Virus record (IMG/VR): IMGVR_UViG_3300034355_001008
Source of the DNA: a virus
Lineage: Duplodnaviria; Heunggongvirae; Uroviricota; Caudoviricetes
Strand: one strand, 5' to 3'
DNA: 64,000 nt
Part shown: positions 8,878-19,435 of the stretch, in pieces
Layout of the letters: the number at the start of each line of letters is the position of its first letter
Numbering within the stretch: the stretch's first letter is position 1
The notes under the pieces: generated by a model
What the model was told of the DNA's origin: nothing
Databases searched by the model: none
What the model saw: only the letters and a program-made list of their open reading frames with translations
Translations under genes and position numbers: made by a program

Positions 8878-9321
8878 TTATAACCCTAAATCCTTTTCTG
8901 TTAATACTTTGAATTCCCATTTTCTATCCATACAATATTCTCTTGCTGCTTTCCATTTAGCTTGATTTATTGCATAGGTGCAAACTTCTGTTATATACTG
9001 TTTAGTTATTCGTTTTTTAACTTCTGGAGCATTTGCTTGATATTCCGGTTTAATCTCTAATAAATATGTTTTAATTCTACCATCAGCTCCTTTTACTTTT
9101 GCCCAAACATCTGGAAAATATCTATGTAGCTTATTATCTACTGGAGATTTATATGGAATAACGCATTCTTCTGATGCCCATTCCAACACTGATGGGTTAT
9201 CGTCCATCCATTTAAATACTCGCAATTCCCATGAAGATCTAGATATTATATTATCCCAATCCCCTTTATATTTTGCTTTGTTCTTTGGAACCCATTTCCT
9301 TGGTTTAGGATATCTACTCAT
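8878..9321 (-). CDS. gp4: head completion nuclease gp4
   Basis: PKN..KYKGD...I..RSSWE, W.SEE..IPY.SPVD...HRYFPD and NQAKW.AA motifs. Confidence 0.93.
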   Translation of the reverse strand: MSRYPKPRKWVPKNKAKYKGDWDNIISRSSWELRVFKWMDDNPSVLEWASEECVIPYKSPVDNKLHRYFPDVWAKVKGADGRIKTYLLEIKPEYQANAPEVKKRITKQYITEVCTYAINQAKWKAAREYCMDRKWEFKVLTEKDLGL

Positions 9322-9351
9322 AAAATAATCAAAAAAGTTTATAAAATAACA

Positions 9352-9368
9352 TATAAATAGTATTTAGT
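9352..9368. promoter_or_regulatory. back-to-back late promoters
   Basis: TATAAATA on + (9352-9359, toward gp48) and ACTAAATA on - (9368-9361, toward gp4) in the divergent intergenic gap. Confidence 0.65.
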
Positions 9369-9394
9369 TAATCCAACAAAAAAGAAATAAAAAT

Positions 9395-10777
9395 ATGTCA
9401 GCAGATCCTAATTCGCCGTTAAAAGCTCTATATGCTAGTAAAAATGATATGCCTGTATTATCATATCCAAATTCATTGGGTAGTTCAAGGCAAGGGCATT
9501 TCATTACATTTTCTGTGTTGATACCAACAAAATCAACATACCAAGAAACTGGGATTGTTTCTTCTAAAGGAGCAGATTATATATCTTCTGGGCATTTTGA
9601 TGCTCTAGCTAATATACAAAAAGTCGCAAATCAAGCATCTTCAGCCGTATCATCTGTTACTGATACAATAGGAGCAGTTGCTAGCGTTGCTAATAAAGCT
9701 CTTAGTACAGCAAATCAACTTGCAGGAACAGCTGCTTCTGTAGTTGGCGTTGTATCTGGAGCAAAAAGTATTATTACTGGAGGTTTTTCTGCTGGTTCCC
9801 CATTAACCGCGTTATCTGGAGTTGTTGGTGGGATAAATGGATTATCTTCAATTGCATCAACAGCAAGTTCAATTCCTGGAGTTTCTAGTTTCTTAAAAGA
9901 TCCAATGGGGTCTGCAACTTCTGCTTTTAATTCTATAAAAGATTTTTTAAATGACCCTGCAAAAGCATTTAGTTCAGCAAGTTCAACCCAACAAGGAAAA
10001 GATCAAACTAATGGTCCAGTTTTTAAACCATCATCTGTTAAACCTAGTGGGTATATAAATTTATACATGCCGGATACCGTTTCTATGAGTCAGCATGCCG
10101 CATATAATGATTTAAAAATGACTGATGCATTAGGTATGACTGGAGGGGTTGCAGAAGGAATGAAGGAAGCCGAAGGAATAAAGAATAGTGCTGCTTCATT
10201 ATATGATTCATTTAAAAACCAAAAAAACGGTTTAATGTCATCAGATACAATAAAAACAATAAAAGAAAATGATTATAAGCCTCTTATGTTAGAAGGAGCT
10301 GGGCAAGCAGCAGGTGCGCTTGGTATTGTAAACGACGGAGCTGCTGTTGGAAAATATCTTTTAAGTAAAGCTGGATATGCAATCAACCCTCAATTTGAAG
10401 TTGTTTTTTCGGCAATGGATATGAGAACATTTCAATTTGACTTTACGTTTACACCAAAAAGCCCAAATGAAGCTGAAACAGTTAGAGAAATCATAAAATT
10501 GTTTAGAAAACACGCTGCTCCTAATTTGTATGGTGGATATGAAGGTAGATATTTTGACGTTCCTTCAGTATTTCAAATTGAATATATGCACCTAGAAAAA
10601 AGAAATGAAAATTTACATAAATTTGCTCCTTGTGTATTAACAAGTATTGTTGTTGATTATGCACCAGAAGTTGGTTGGGTTACATATAATGATGGTATGC
10701 CAGTTAAAACTCGATTGACGTTGATGTTTAAAGAAACTGAAATTTTAACAAGAGATAAAATAGATCAAGGATATTGA
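9395..10777 (+). CDS. gp48: baseplate tail tube cap gp48
   Basis: INLYMP, NP..EV.F.....R.F.F.F.F.PKS..EA..V..II..F..HAAP and CVL..I.VDY.P motifs; carries a long Ser/Ala/Gly insert. Confidence 0.85.
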   Translation: MSADPNSPLKALYASKNDMPVLSYPNSLGSSRQGHFITFSVLIPTKSTYQETGIVSSKGADYISSGHFDALANIQKVANQASSAVSSVTDTIGAVASVANKALSTANQLAGTAASVVGVVSGAKSIITGGFSAGSPLTALSGVVGGINGLSSIASTASSIPGVSSFLKDPMGSATSAFNSIKDFLNDPAKAFSSASSTQQGKDQTNGPVFKPSSVKPSGYINLYMPDTVSMSQHAAYNDLKMTDALGMTGGVAEGMKEAEGIKNSAASLYDSFKNQKNGLMSSDTIKTIKENDYKPLMLEGAGQAAGALGIVNDGAAVGKYLLSKAGYAINPQFEVVFSAMDMRTFQFDFTFTPKSPNEAETVREIIKLFRKHAAPNLYGGYEGRYFDVPSVFQIEYMHLEKRNENLHKFAPCVLTSIVVDYAPEVGWVTYNDGMPVKTRLTLMFKETEILTRDKIDQGY

Positions 10778-10780
10778 TAT

Positions 10781-11920
10781 ATGTCTTCATTTTTTTCAAA
10801 ATATCCATTACTTAATATTAATAGTAAAATTGTAACTGATATTGTTACAAGAATAGCAATTAGACAAAAATATTCAAATAAATTGTCGATGTATTATCCA
10901 TATGATATGCAAGAAGGGGATACTCCAGAAATTATTGCAGCAAAATATTATGGAGATCCTGAGCGTCATTGGATTGTAATGTTAGCCAATGATACAATTA
11001 ATCCGTTTTTTGATTATTCTTTAGATTATCCGGTATTTTCAAAATATCTTATGGATAAGTATAAAAATGAAGGAAATAGTACGAAACAATGGAAAGAAGG
11101 TAATTGGAGAGGTGAATGGGATGCAACTGAATATTATACGATTGATGGCGTTTTATATCCTGCAGGATCAATTACATACAATGAAGGCGGAACATACGAA
11201 TACATATATAATCCCAATACTGGAATTACAATTACAAGCGTAGTCCTTGAAGATGGGCCAAATGATATAGATATTGTTGCTGAATACAATGTAAATGATA
11301 TTATCGTTACAAGTAATACAGCATTTATTTGCACAAATACACACAAACCTGCGCGAATTGGAACGTTTAAAGATGCGTTAGCTAAAAAATATTGGAATAG
11401 AATTTATGATGGGGCTTATTGGAAAGGGGATTGGCAAAATAATATACAATACAATACAGATGATGTTACAACGTATAATGGGATAATTTATATTTGTAAA
11501 CAAAATAATACATCAAATTCTGTTAATGGAATAACTATTTCTAATGCAGATTATTGGAAAACTTACACTAATGGCTTGGAATATACGTTAGTTACAAGAA
11601 ATAAAGATCCATTTGGATATAGAGCAACTATTACTACAACTGATAATATTACAGGAAAAGAAACATCAGAAACTATTTACATTGACGAAAAAGCATATAA
11701 TGGAGGAGGAAATGGATACGATTTCCCCATATTAAATTATGCAACACAAACAAAAGAATCTGAGAATATTGTAATTTCTACTGAAAAACAAAGATTATCT
11801 ATTTATGAATACGAATTAGAACAAAATGAAAATAAACGTACAATTAATTTAATTAGAAAAGAGTATGTTCCACAAATTGAACAAGAATTAAAAGTTTTAA
11901 TGAGAACATATTATGGCTGA
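10781..11920 (+). CDS. gp53: baseplate wedge gp53 with inserted Trp/Tyr-rich modules
   Basis: FFSKYP start, EGDTPEIIA.KYYGD...HWIV...N LysM-like motif, YEYE...NE.KR.I.L ending. Confidence 0.85.
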   Translation: MSSFFSKYPLLNINSKIVTDIVTRIAIRQKYSNKLSMYYPYDMQEGDTPEIIAAKYYGDPERHWIVMLANDTINPFFDYSLDYPVFSKYLMDKYKNEGNSTKQWKEGNWRGEWDATEYYTIDGVLYPAGSITYNEGGTYEYIYNPNTGITITSVVLEDGPNDIDIVAEYNVNDIIVTSNTAFICTNTHKPARIGTFKDALAKKYWNRIYDGAYWKGDWQNNIQYNTDDVTTYNGIIYICKQNNTSNSVNGITISNADYWKTYTNGLEYTLVTRNKDPFGYRATITTTDNITGKETSETIYIDEKAYNGGGNGYDFPILNYATQTKESENIVISTEKQRLSIYEYELEQNENKRTINLIRKEYVPQIEQELKVLMRTYYG

Positions 11921-13268
11921 TGGATTATTACATATACAAGATGTATCAATTGTATCTTGCAAAATTGTTGGCGTTTCTGGACACCCAACTGATGTTTCAG
12001 CTATGGTTGTTGAGATAAATTATTTTGAGGATATTTTTTCTAATTTTGTTAGTGGAGCATTGGTTATAAATGATTCTGTTGGCCTTATTCAAATGTTTCA
12101 ATTTCAAGGACAAGAAGTATTAATTCTTGAAATAGATAAACCTGGACTAGATGATCCATTAAAAAAGACACTTAGGATTTACAAACATAGCGGAAGATCT
12201 CAAACAAAAACTTCAAATGAAAATTATATCATACATTTTTGTTCAGAGGAAGCGTATTTAAATGAACAATACAAAATATCTAAGTCATATAAAAATATGA
12301 TAATTGCGGATATTGTTCATGGTATTTTAGAAAATGATTTAAAAATTAATCCGGACCTTTTAATAAATTTTGATAAAACTTCTGGAGTTCATGATATTTT
12401 AGTTCCAAATTTAAAACCATTTCAAGCAATAAACTGGTTAACAACATTTGCACAAGCTGATCAAGATAAAAATGCAGGAGCATTTTTTCTATTCTACGAA
12501 GATAAATATGGATTTTCTTTTAGATCAGTTTTAAATTTGTATAAACAAAAAACTGCAAGAAAATACAAATACGAAGAAAAGAATTTGAAATCAACACAAA
12601 ATGATTTAATTTCTGACGTCAATAAAGAATTCGTAAATGTTATTGCGTTTGAACATATAAGCGCATTTGATTCTATTTCTGCAGTTAAACAAGGAACGAT
12701 GGCAAGTAAGACAATAACAATCGATCCATTAAGGTTGAAATTTGGAGAAAATGCTCATGATTATAATGAATATACAAAAAACGTCCAATCATTAGACTAT
12801 GCTTCTCTTCCTAATTCAGCAGAAAATAGAATGGGAGATACAATGAATAAAACTGTAGGAGCTGTTAAATTTGTAATATCAACTTCCGGTCAAAGCGAAA
12901 ATAAATATATTAAAGATAAAGAAGTTCCAGTTAATGAGTTTTCTCCAGAAAAAACTACTTCAGTTAGATCTTCGCAGTTATCTCTTATGTGGTCTAATAG
13001 AATAAAAATTATTATTCCTGGAGATATTGGTTTAACTGTTGGTATGATTGTTGATTTTGATAAACCAGAAATAAGCTATAATAATCCACAAAGCAAAGAA
13101 AAAACTTCTGATCCAATTTATTCAGGAAAATATCTTATTACTGCATTAAGACATATAATAACACAAGAAAATAGGTTTACTACGATACTAGAACTATGTA
13201 AAGATTCTTATCCTAATAAAACATTTAAATATGATAATACTAATCCAGGTTGGAAAGAAGTAAGATAA
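11913..13268 (+). CDS. baseplate hub protein (gp27-like)
   Basis: Position between gp53 and gp5; FLFYE...GF.F.S, IPGD..L.VG and SGKYLITALRH motifs typical of hub proteins. Confidence 0.65.
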   Translation: MADGLLHIQDVSIVSCKIVGVSGHPTDVSAMVVEINYFEDIFSNFVSGALVINDSVGLIQMFQFQGQEVLILEIDKPGLDDPLKKTLRIYKHSGRSQTKTSNENYIIHFCSEEAYLNEQYKISKSYKNMIIADIVHGILENDLKINPDLLINFDKTSGVHDILVPNLKPFQAINWLTTFAQADQDKNAGAFFLFYEDKYGFSFRSVLNLYKQKTARKYKYEEKNLKSTQNDLISDVNKEFVNVIAFEHISAFDSISAVKQGTMASKTITIDPLRLKFGENAHDYNEYTKNVQSLDYASLPNSAENRMGDTMNKTVGAVKFVISTSGQSENKYIKDKEVPVNEFSPEKTTSVRSSQLSLMWSNRIKIIIPGDIGLTVGMIVDFDKPEISYNNPQSKEKTSDPIYSGKYLITALRHIITQENRFTTILELCKDSYPNKTFKYDNTNPGWKEVR

Positions 13269-13269
13269 T

Positions 13270-14256
13270 ATGAGTAATAATAGAAGAGGAAATTTCATAG
13301 GCCATAATGGATTCGTTTGGTGGATCGGCGTTATCGAAGATAGAATGGATCCATTAAATCTTGGTCGGTGTAGAGTAAGAATACAAGGATTACACGAAGG
13401 AACAAAAGCGCAAGTTCCAACAAATACATTACCTTGGGCGCAACCATTATTTTCTATTAATGGGTCAACGTCTACTCCTTCTACGCTACAAGAAGGGGAT
13501 TTTGTAATGGGTTTTTTTATGGATGGCGCATCAAGCCAATATCCAATAATTATGGGTATGTTTCATGGAATACCAGAAGATAGCCCTGACAGAGAAAAAG
13601 GTTTTAATGACCCAAGAACTGACGAACAATTAAAAGCTGCTCCGAGAAAACCGCAGACAATTGATTATTCAACTAAAGGTGGCGCAAAAATTACTGAGTA
13701 CCCAGCAGCAAATACTTATCCAAATAGACTTGACCAACCTACTACAAGTAGACTATCAAGGAATGAAAGTATAGATACAACTATTGTTAAAGCAAAAAAT
13801 GATTCTGTTAAAAAAGCTAAAGGACCAAAAGGTGCAACTGCTTGGACTGAACCTAATTCTCCTTATAATACAAAGTATCCATACAATCAAGTTGTAAGCA
13901 CTGAATCAGGACATTATTTCGAGCTTGACGACTCTCCTGGGCATGAACGGATACATTTGTATCATAGAAGCGGAACGTTCTCTGAGACGCATCCAGATGG
14001 TTCACAGGTCGAGAAAATTGTTAAAGATAGATATACTGTTGTATTAAATAATGATAAAGTATCTATTTCTGGAGATTGCTCAGTTACAATTGAAGGAAGT
14101 AATAAAGTTTATATTATTGGTAATTGTGATACAACTATTGATGGGAATTATACTATGACGATTAATGGAAATATGACAACAACTGTTGCTGGAACTATAA
14201 ACCAAACAAGTAGTGGAGCAACTAATATTAAAGGTTCACCAATAAACTTAAACTAA
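13270..14256 (+). CDS. gp5: baseplate spike gp5 (OB-fold plus short beta-helix, no lysozyme domain)
   Basis: F.WW.GV.EDR.DPL.LGR.RVRI.G.H, YPYN.V..TESGH..E.DD.PG.ERI and C-terminal beta-helix repeats. Confidence 0.9.
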   Translation: MSNNRRGNFIGHNGFVWWIGVIEDRMDPLNLGRCRVRIQGLHEGTKAQVPTNTLPWAQPLFSINGSTSTPSTLQEGDFVMGFFMDGASSQYPIIMGMFHGIPEDSPDREKGFNDPRTDEQLKAAPRKPQTIDYSTKGGAKITEYPAANTYPNRLDQPTTSRLSRNESIDTTIVKAKNDSVKKAKGPKGATAWTEPNSPYNTKYPYNQVVSTESGHYFELDDSPGHERIHLYHRSGTFSETHPDGSQVEKIVKDRYTVVLNNDKVSISGDCSVTIEGSNKVYIIGNCDTTIDGNYTMTINGNMTTTVAGTINQTSSGATNIKGSPINLN

Positions 14257-14257
14257 T

Positions 14258-14662
14258 ATGAAATCTACAGAAATAAAAAATTTTAGCGGATATTCTGATT
14301 TGGATATGACATTTCAACCACATCCAGCTAAAAAAGATTTAATGCTTTCCACTGGGGAATTAGCTGTTACTAGGGCGTTGAAAAATTTATTATTGACAAA
14401 TTATTACGAAAAGCCATTTCAGCCAAATTATGGGTCAAATCTTCGTAAATTGTTATTTGAACCAATGAGCCCAATTACATCTTCTGCATTAACAAAAGAA
14501 ATAACTTATGTAATAAAGAATTTTGATTACAGAGTTACATTAACTTCTGTTAACGTTGAAGCGTTATATGATTATAACTCATACCAAGTAACTATATCAT
14601 TTTATATTAATAACTTGGTTCAACCATTTACAGCAGATTTTATTTTATCAAGACTTAGATAA
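14258..14662 (+). CDS. gp25: baseplate wedge gp25
   Basis: YSDLD..F..HP...D...AV...L.NL.LTN.YE.PFQP..GS motif. Confidence 0.92.
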   Translation: MKSTEIKNFSGYSDLDMTFQPHPAKKDLMLSTGELAVTRALKNLLLTNYYEKPFQPNYGSNLRKLLFEPMSPITSSALTKEITYVIKNFDYRVTLTSVNVEALYDYNSYQVTISFYINNLVQPFTADFILSRLR

Positions 14663-14665
14663 ATA
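14658..14665 (+). promoter_or_regulatory. possible late promoter (variant)
   Basis: GATAAATA upstream of gp6. Confidence 0.45.
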
Positions 14666-14691
14666 CTAATAAAAGGATTTAGGGGAAAATA

Positions 14692-16734
14692 ATGGCCAGT
14701 GCCAATTCATCAGTTAATATTGCAGAATTAGATTTTGACGCAATTAAAAATAATTTTAAAAACTATTTGCGCGGTCAAGATAAATTTAATGATTATGATT
14801 TTGAAAGTTCAGTTATTTCTACTGTATTAGATTTACTAGCATATAATACTCATTATAATGCATATTATCTTAATATGGTCGCTAATGAAGCATTTTTAGA
14901 TACTGCAGTAAAACGTGGATCAGTTGTATCTCATGCTAAATTACTTAATTACGTTCCATCTTCAGCAAAAGCATCAATCGCGCATATTGATTTAAAATTT
15001 AATGGAACTACATCGGCTAATTTTACTATTCCAAAATATACTAAATTTTCTTCGCAAGCAATTGATGGCGTGAATTATCCATTTGTTACATTGGAATCGG
15101 TTACAGTAACTGCAAATAATAATACTGCGCAATTTTATTATGTTCCAATATATCAAGGGAACCCAGTAAGATACACATATTCGGTTAATAATTTCCAGAA
15201 TGAATCATCAACCTTTACTATTCCAGATAGCGAAGTTGATACGACATCTCTACAAGTTTTGGTTTATGAATCATCACAGTCGACAGTTTTTACTAAATTT
15301 GAGTTGGCTTCTAACCATTTAACTTTAGATGATACTTCTAAAGTATATTTCCTTCAAGAAGGGTTATCTGGTTTATTTGAAATATATTTTGGTGATGGTA
15401 TTTTAGGTTCTTCATTAAAAACTGGTAATGTTATTGTTATAGAATATTTAACAACTAAAGGTGAAGCTCCAAATGGCGCATATAAATTTACGTTAATGGA
15501 TAAAATCGGTAATTATTCTGGAGTTATTATTACTAGTAGCGGGGATACAGCAACTGGCGGTAGCGCAAAAGAATCGATTGAATCAATTAAATATTCTGCA
15601 CCAAAAGCATATTCTTCTCAAAATAGAGCTGTAAGTAAATCTGATTACCTTGAATTATTAAAAAGAGATAATCCGATAATTCCAATTCAAGCTGTTAATG
15701 TTTGGGGAGGAGAAGATATAGATCCACCTGAATATGGTAAAATTTTTATATGCATTAAACCAACGGGTGGATATAATTTATCTGAATTGCAAAAATATAG
15801 ATTGATTAATGAATACATAAAACCGTTCAGCATAATCACAGCTATACCTGAAATTGTTGATGTAGATTACACATTTATAAGAATAAACACTAATGTATTT
15901 TTTGATAAACAAAAATCTATTTATGATCCTTACCAAATATTAAGTTTAATAAAATTATCTATAATGGATTTTTGTAATACTTCTCTTAATACATTTGATT
16001 CTGTATTCATATTAGCAGATTTGATAACAAAAATTAAAAATACCGATGCAGCAATTATTACATCAGAATCAACTATTTCTTTAGAAAAAAGATTTATTCC
16101 TATATTTGGAACAGACAATTCACATACATTTAATTTTGAAGTCCCGTTGAAAAAAGGAACTTTAGATAGTGGATATTTTGATTGTATTGCATCAAATGGT
16201 TCTTTATACCAAAATGCTAAAATTGAAGAATCTCCATCTGTATTTAACACATTAGAATCAATACAGATAATAAATGGAGGTAGCGGATTTTCTTCTATTC
16301 CAACTATTACAATTTATGGAGATGGAACTGGCGCTACAGCTACAGCGGACGTTACTAACAGTACAATAACTTCGGTTAATATTACATCAGCAGGATTAAA
16401 CTATACCCAAGCTGTTGCAGTTGTTTCTGGAGGCGGAGGAACTGGAGCAGTAATAGTTCCAAATTTAACTGGAAATACAGTTAAATTAAGAAGTTACTAT
16501 TATGTTAATAATATAAAAACAGTTATTCAGGATAATATTGGCCAAATAAACTATTCTAAAGGAACAGTTACATTAAATAATTTTAATGCATATAATATAA
16601 ATAATCTATTAGGATATTTCCCTATTATGGTAACACCGGAATCTACGATATTTTCGTCTACAAAAGATAAAATAATAACTCTAGATATTATGGATGATAC
16701 GTCAATAATTACTAATATACAATCAAAAATTTAA
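14692..16734 (+). CDS. gp6: baseplate wedge gp6
   Basis: LDFD.IK.N...YL..Q..F.DYDFE.S, LAYNTHYNA.Y.NM..NE.FLD.A..R.SVVS.AK and QNRAV...DY motifs. Confidence 0.95.
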   Translation: MASANSSVNIAELDFDAIKNNFKNYLRGQDKFNDYDFESSVISTVLDLLAYNTHYNAYYLNMVANEAFLDTAVKRGSVVSHAKLLNYVPSSAKASIAHIDLKFNGTTSANFTIPKYTKFSSQAIDGVNYPFVTLESVTVTANNNTAQFYYVPIYQGNPVRYTYSVNNFQNESSTFTIPDSEVDTTSLQVLVYESSQSTVFTKFELASNHLTLDDTSKVYFLQEGLSGLFEIYFGDGILGSSLKTGNVIVIEYLTTKGEAPNGAYKFTLMDKIGNYSGVIITSSGDTATGGSAKESIESIKYSAPKAYSSQNRAVSKSDYLELLKRDNPIIPIQAVNVWGGEDIDPPEYGKIFICIKPTGGYNLSELQKYRLINEYIKPFSIITAIPEIVDVDYTFIRINTNVFFDKQKSIYDPYQILSLIKLSIMDFCNTSLNTFDSVFILADLITKIKNTDAAIITSESTISLEKRFIPIFGTDNSHTFNFEVPLKKGTLDSGYFDCIASNGSLYQNAKIEESPSVFNTLESIQIINGGSGFSSIPTITIYGDGTGATATADVTNSTITSVNITSAGLNYTQAVAVVSGGGGTGAVIVPNLTGNTVKLRSYYYVNNIKTVIQDNIGQINYSKGTVTLNNFNAYNINNLLGYFPIMVTPESTIFSSTKDKIITLDIMDDTSIITNIQSKI

Positions 16735-19433
16735 TGTCAACTAAATATTCTACAATTTTTGCTTCTAAACTGCCTGCATTTATTGCAGATGACCCAGCAT
16801 ATTCAAGATTTATCCAATTTTTTGAAGCATATTATAATTGGTTTGATGATACATACGATATTTATGGTCTTGGCGAAAAATTAGATATTGATTCGGGGTT
16901 TGAACAATTTTACCCTTATTTTGCTCAGGATTTTTTGCCGTATTTTCCTGATATCGATACGATAGCAACAGATAAAGTAAAATTAATAAAAATAGCTAAA
17001 GAATTATATAAAGCAAAAGGTATTCCTGATTCGTTTAAATTTTTATTTAGAGCATTATTTAACGTTCACGCGGAAGTATATCCTACAAGTCAATTTATAT
17101 TAAGACCGAGTTATGGAAGATGGTTAGTTCCAAAATCAATAAAAATTAAATCGACGGATTCAAATTTTTTACATATTAATAACTTTAAAATCTTTGGAGA
17201 AACTTCAAAATCTATAGCAACTATAGAACAAAGTAAAGTTAATGGAAAATTTATACAAATTTATATATCAAATATTCAAAGATTGTTTATGTCTGGAGAG
17301 ACTATTACAATATTAGATTATGATAATAACCCTGTGTATTTTTTTAATGGAGAGTATTTCCCTTACACAGATAAGTATCCTGTAGGGTCAGTAAAATTAA
17401 CATCAAAAATTATCGGATCTCTTTCTAATATTGATATCGTTCCGGCTAGAAGAGGTAAATATTATACAGTTGGAGATCCAGTTGTAATTACTGGAGGGCT
17501 TAATACGCAAATAGCCAATCCAATTGGAGCTAAAGCAATAATCTCTGAGATTACAACGGGACAAATTCAAAATATTGTAGTTACAAAAGGGGGATATGGT
17601 TATAGAGTTGCGCCAAATTCATCCGTAATTGTTACTAATGATGTATCAGGAACAGCTGATTGTCAAGTTTCTATTGTTGATGGGTCGTTAGGTTCTAATG
17701 TTGCATATATTTCTAATGATTGTATTGAAAATCAATTATTTGTTAATATTGGTGCTGCTAATTATAATTTTTCCTCTACCGCAAATGCAAACACGCAATT
17801 AAGTAATTTCTTTAATTTAATCGGATATCCAGTATATCCGATAATAGCAATAACCGTGTTAAATGGTGGCGGCGGGTTTACTTCAGAGCCAATTTTAAAT
17901 GTTCAATCAACGTTTACAGCAAATACAAATATTCAAACATATAATCAAAATTTAAAAGATTTAGGAATTTTAGCTAAAATTAAAATTGTTAATCCAGGAA
18001 CTGGATATACCATAAATGATACCATAACAATTTCTGGAGGAGATGGTAATTTTGCGTTTGCAAAAATTAATTCTGTTAATGTATCTTCAGGATCGATAAC
18101 TAGTGTTGGATATTATTATAACGCAAATACTCCTTATGGGTTAGGAGGCATGGGTTATACGAATGATAATTTGCCTATTGTGACCGTTAATTCGCCAACA
18201 GGAGCTAATGCTGTGTTAACTATACCAGCAATATTAGGAACTGGAGTTGAATATACTGTAGAAACTGATAAAATTGGAGCTATCACTAAAATAACTTTAA
18301 CAGAAAACGGAGAAGATTATATAAATGCTCCAAATGTATCTTTGCGTATACAAGATATAGTTGTTTCTGGTTTAGAGTTCGCTTCTGATGTAAATTTAAC
18401 TACATCAATAGTATATCAGGGTAATTATGAGCTACCTACATTTACTGGAAATATAAATTCTATTAATTCAATATATTATAATCCATTAACTTCCGAAAAA
18501 TTATTTTCTATTCAAGTTTACGATTATATTGGAACTATATCTGCGAATAATTCTGCATTATTCGTGCGTAATACAGAAACAAACGAATTTATTGAGTTGA
18601 TAATACAACAAAATTATTCTGATACCAAATTTACTAATGGGATAAAAATATATGGTGATGGTTCTGCTAAAGCTTCAGCTAAATTTTTAAATGGATTAAT
18701 AGAAGATTCTGGAAGATATTTAAATAATGATGGCCAACTTTCTTCATATTCTATAGTTCAAAGCGATATATACAATTTATCTACGTATGTAATTGCAACC
18801 GAAAAAAGTTACGATTCATACAAAACTGTGTTAGAAAATTTAATACATCCAATAGGTAGTAGATTAGTTACTAAGAATTTACTAAAATCAAATACATCAT
18901 ATAGATTAGCGCAAAATTCTGCAGCCCAAATGGGATATTTATTAGCTAATGTAAACTCACTATTAATACAAAACGTAGATTCGTATTATACCAATACAGT
19001 ACAAATTATTACCGATTTAGATATCGATACAATTTTTACAGTTAATACACATATTTATATTTCTGGTCCTACTAACCTTAATGTTTATTCAACAATTGCC
19101 AATATTAATATTGATAGCAATTTATTAACTCTTACTGATTTCGTTCAATATAAATTTCCTAATGTTTATAGCGGTTTTACTCAAGGAAATACTATAATAC
19201 TAACAAATGGTAATAATTATAACATTGATAAATATTCTGTAAATACATTTATTCGCGTAGGAGACGCAATTTCTACTCCAAATAATAGTCCGCAAGAAAT
19301 TATTAATATTTCAAATAATATAATCTATTTTACGAATCAATTAAATTTAAATGGTAATACTTTAAATCCAACAAATATTACAGTAATTAAAGAATTGTTA
19401 TCAAATACTATTACAACTTATACAACGGTGTAA
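16734..19433 (+). CDS. gp7: baseplate wedge initiator (gp7-like)
   Basis: LP.FI..D...F..F.EAYY start, Y.AKG...S..FLFR.LF, QSD.Y....YV and HP.G motifs; position between gp6 and gp8. Confidence 0.65.
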   Translation: MSTKYSTIFASKLPAFIADDPAYSRFIQFFEAYYNWFDDTYDIYGLGEKLDIDSGFEQFYPYFAQDFLPYFPDIDTIATDKVKLIKIAKELYKAKGIPDSFKFLFRALFNVHAEVYPTSQFILRPSYGRWLVPKSIKIKSTDSNFLHINNFKIFGETSKSIATIEQSKVNGKFIQIYISNIQRLFMSGETITILDYDNNPVYFFNGEYFPYTDKYPVGSVKLTSKIIGSLSNIDIVPARRGKYYTVGDPVVITGGLNTQIANPIGAKAIISEITTGQIQNIVVTKGGYGYRVAPNSSVIVTNDVSGTADCQVSIVDGSLGSNVAYISNDCIENQLFVNIGAANYNFSSTANANTQLSNFFNLIGYPVYPIIAITVLNGGGGFTSEPILNVQSTFTANTNIQTYNQNLKDLGILAKIKIVNPGTGYTINDTITISGGDGNFAFAKINSVNVSSGSITSVGYYYNANTPYGLGGMGYTNDNLPIVTVNSPTGANAVLTIPAILGTGVEYTVETDKIGAITKITLTENGEDYINAPNVSLRIQDIVVSGLEFASDVNLTTSIVYQGNYELPTFTGNINSINSIYYNPLTSEKLFSIQVYDYIGTISANNSALFVRNTETNEFIELIIQQNYSDTKFTNGIKIYGDGSAKASAKFLNGLIEDSGRYLNNDGQLSSYSIVQSDIYNLSTYVIATEKSYDSYKTVLENLIHPIGSRLVTKNLLKSNTSYRLAQNSAAQMGYLLANVNSLLIQNVDSYYTNTVQIITDLDIDTIFTVNTHIYISGPTNLNVYSTIANINIDSNLLTLTDFVQYKFPNVYSGFTQGNTIILTNGNNYNIDKYSVNTFIRVGDAISTPNNSPQEIINISNNIIYFTNQLNLNGNTLNPTNITVIKELLSNTITTYTTV

Positions 19434-19435
19434 AT

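Noticed and set aside
8878-9321. TnsA-like transposase
   Set aside because: The nuclease fold is shared, but the motifs and the gp2-gp4 synteny identify the T4 head-completion protein gp4.
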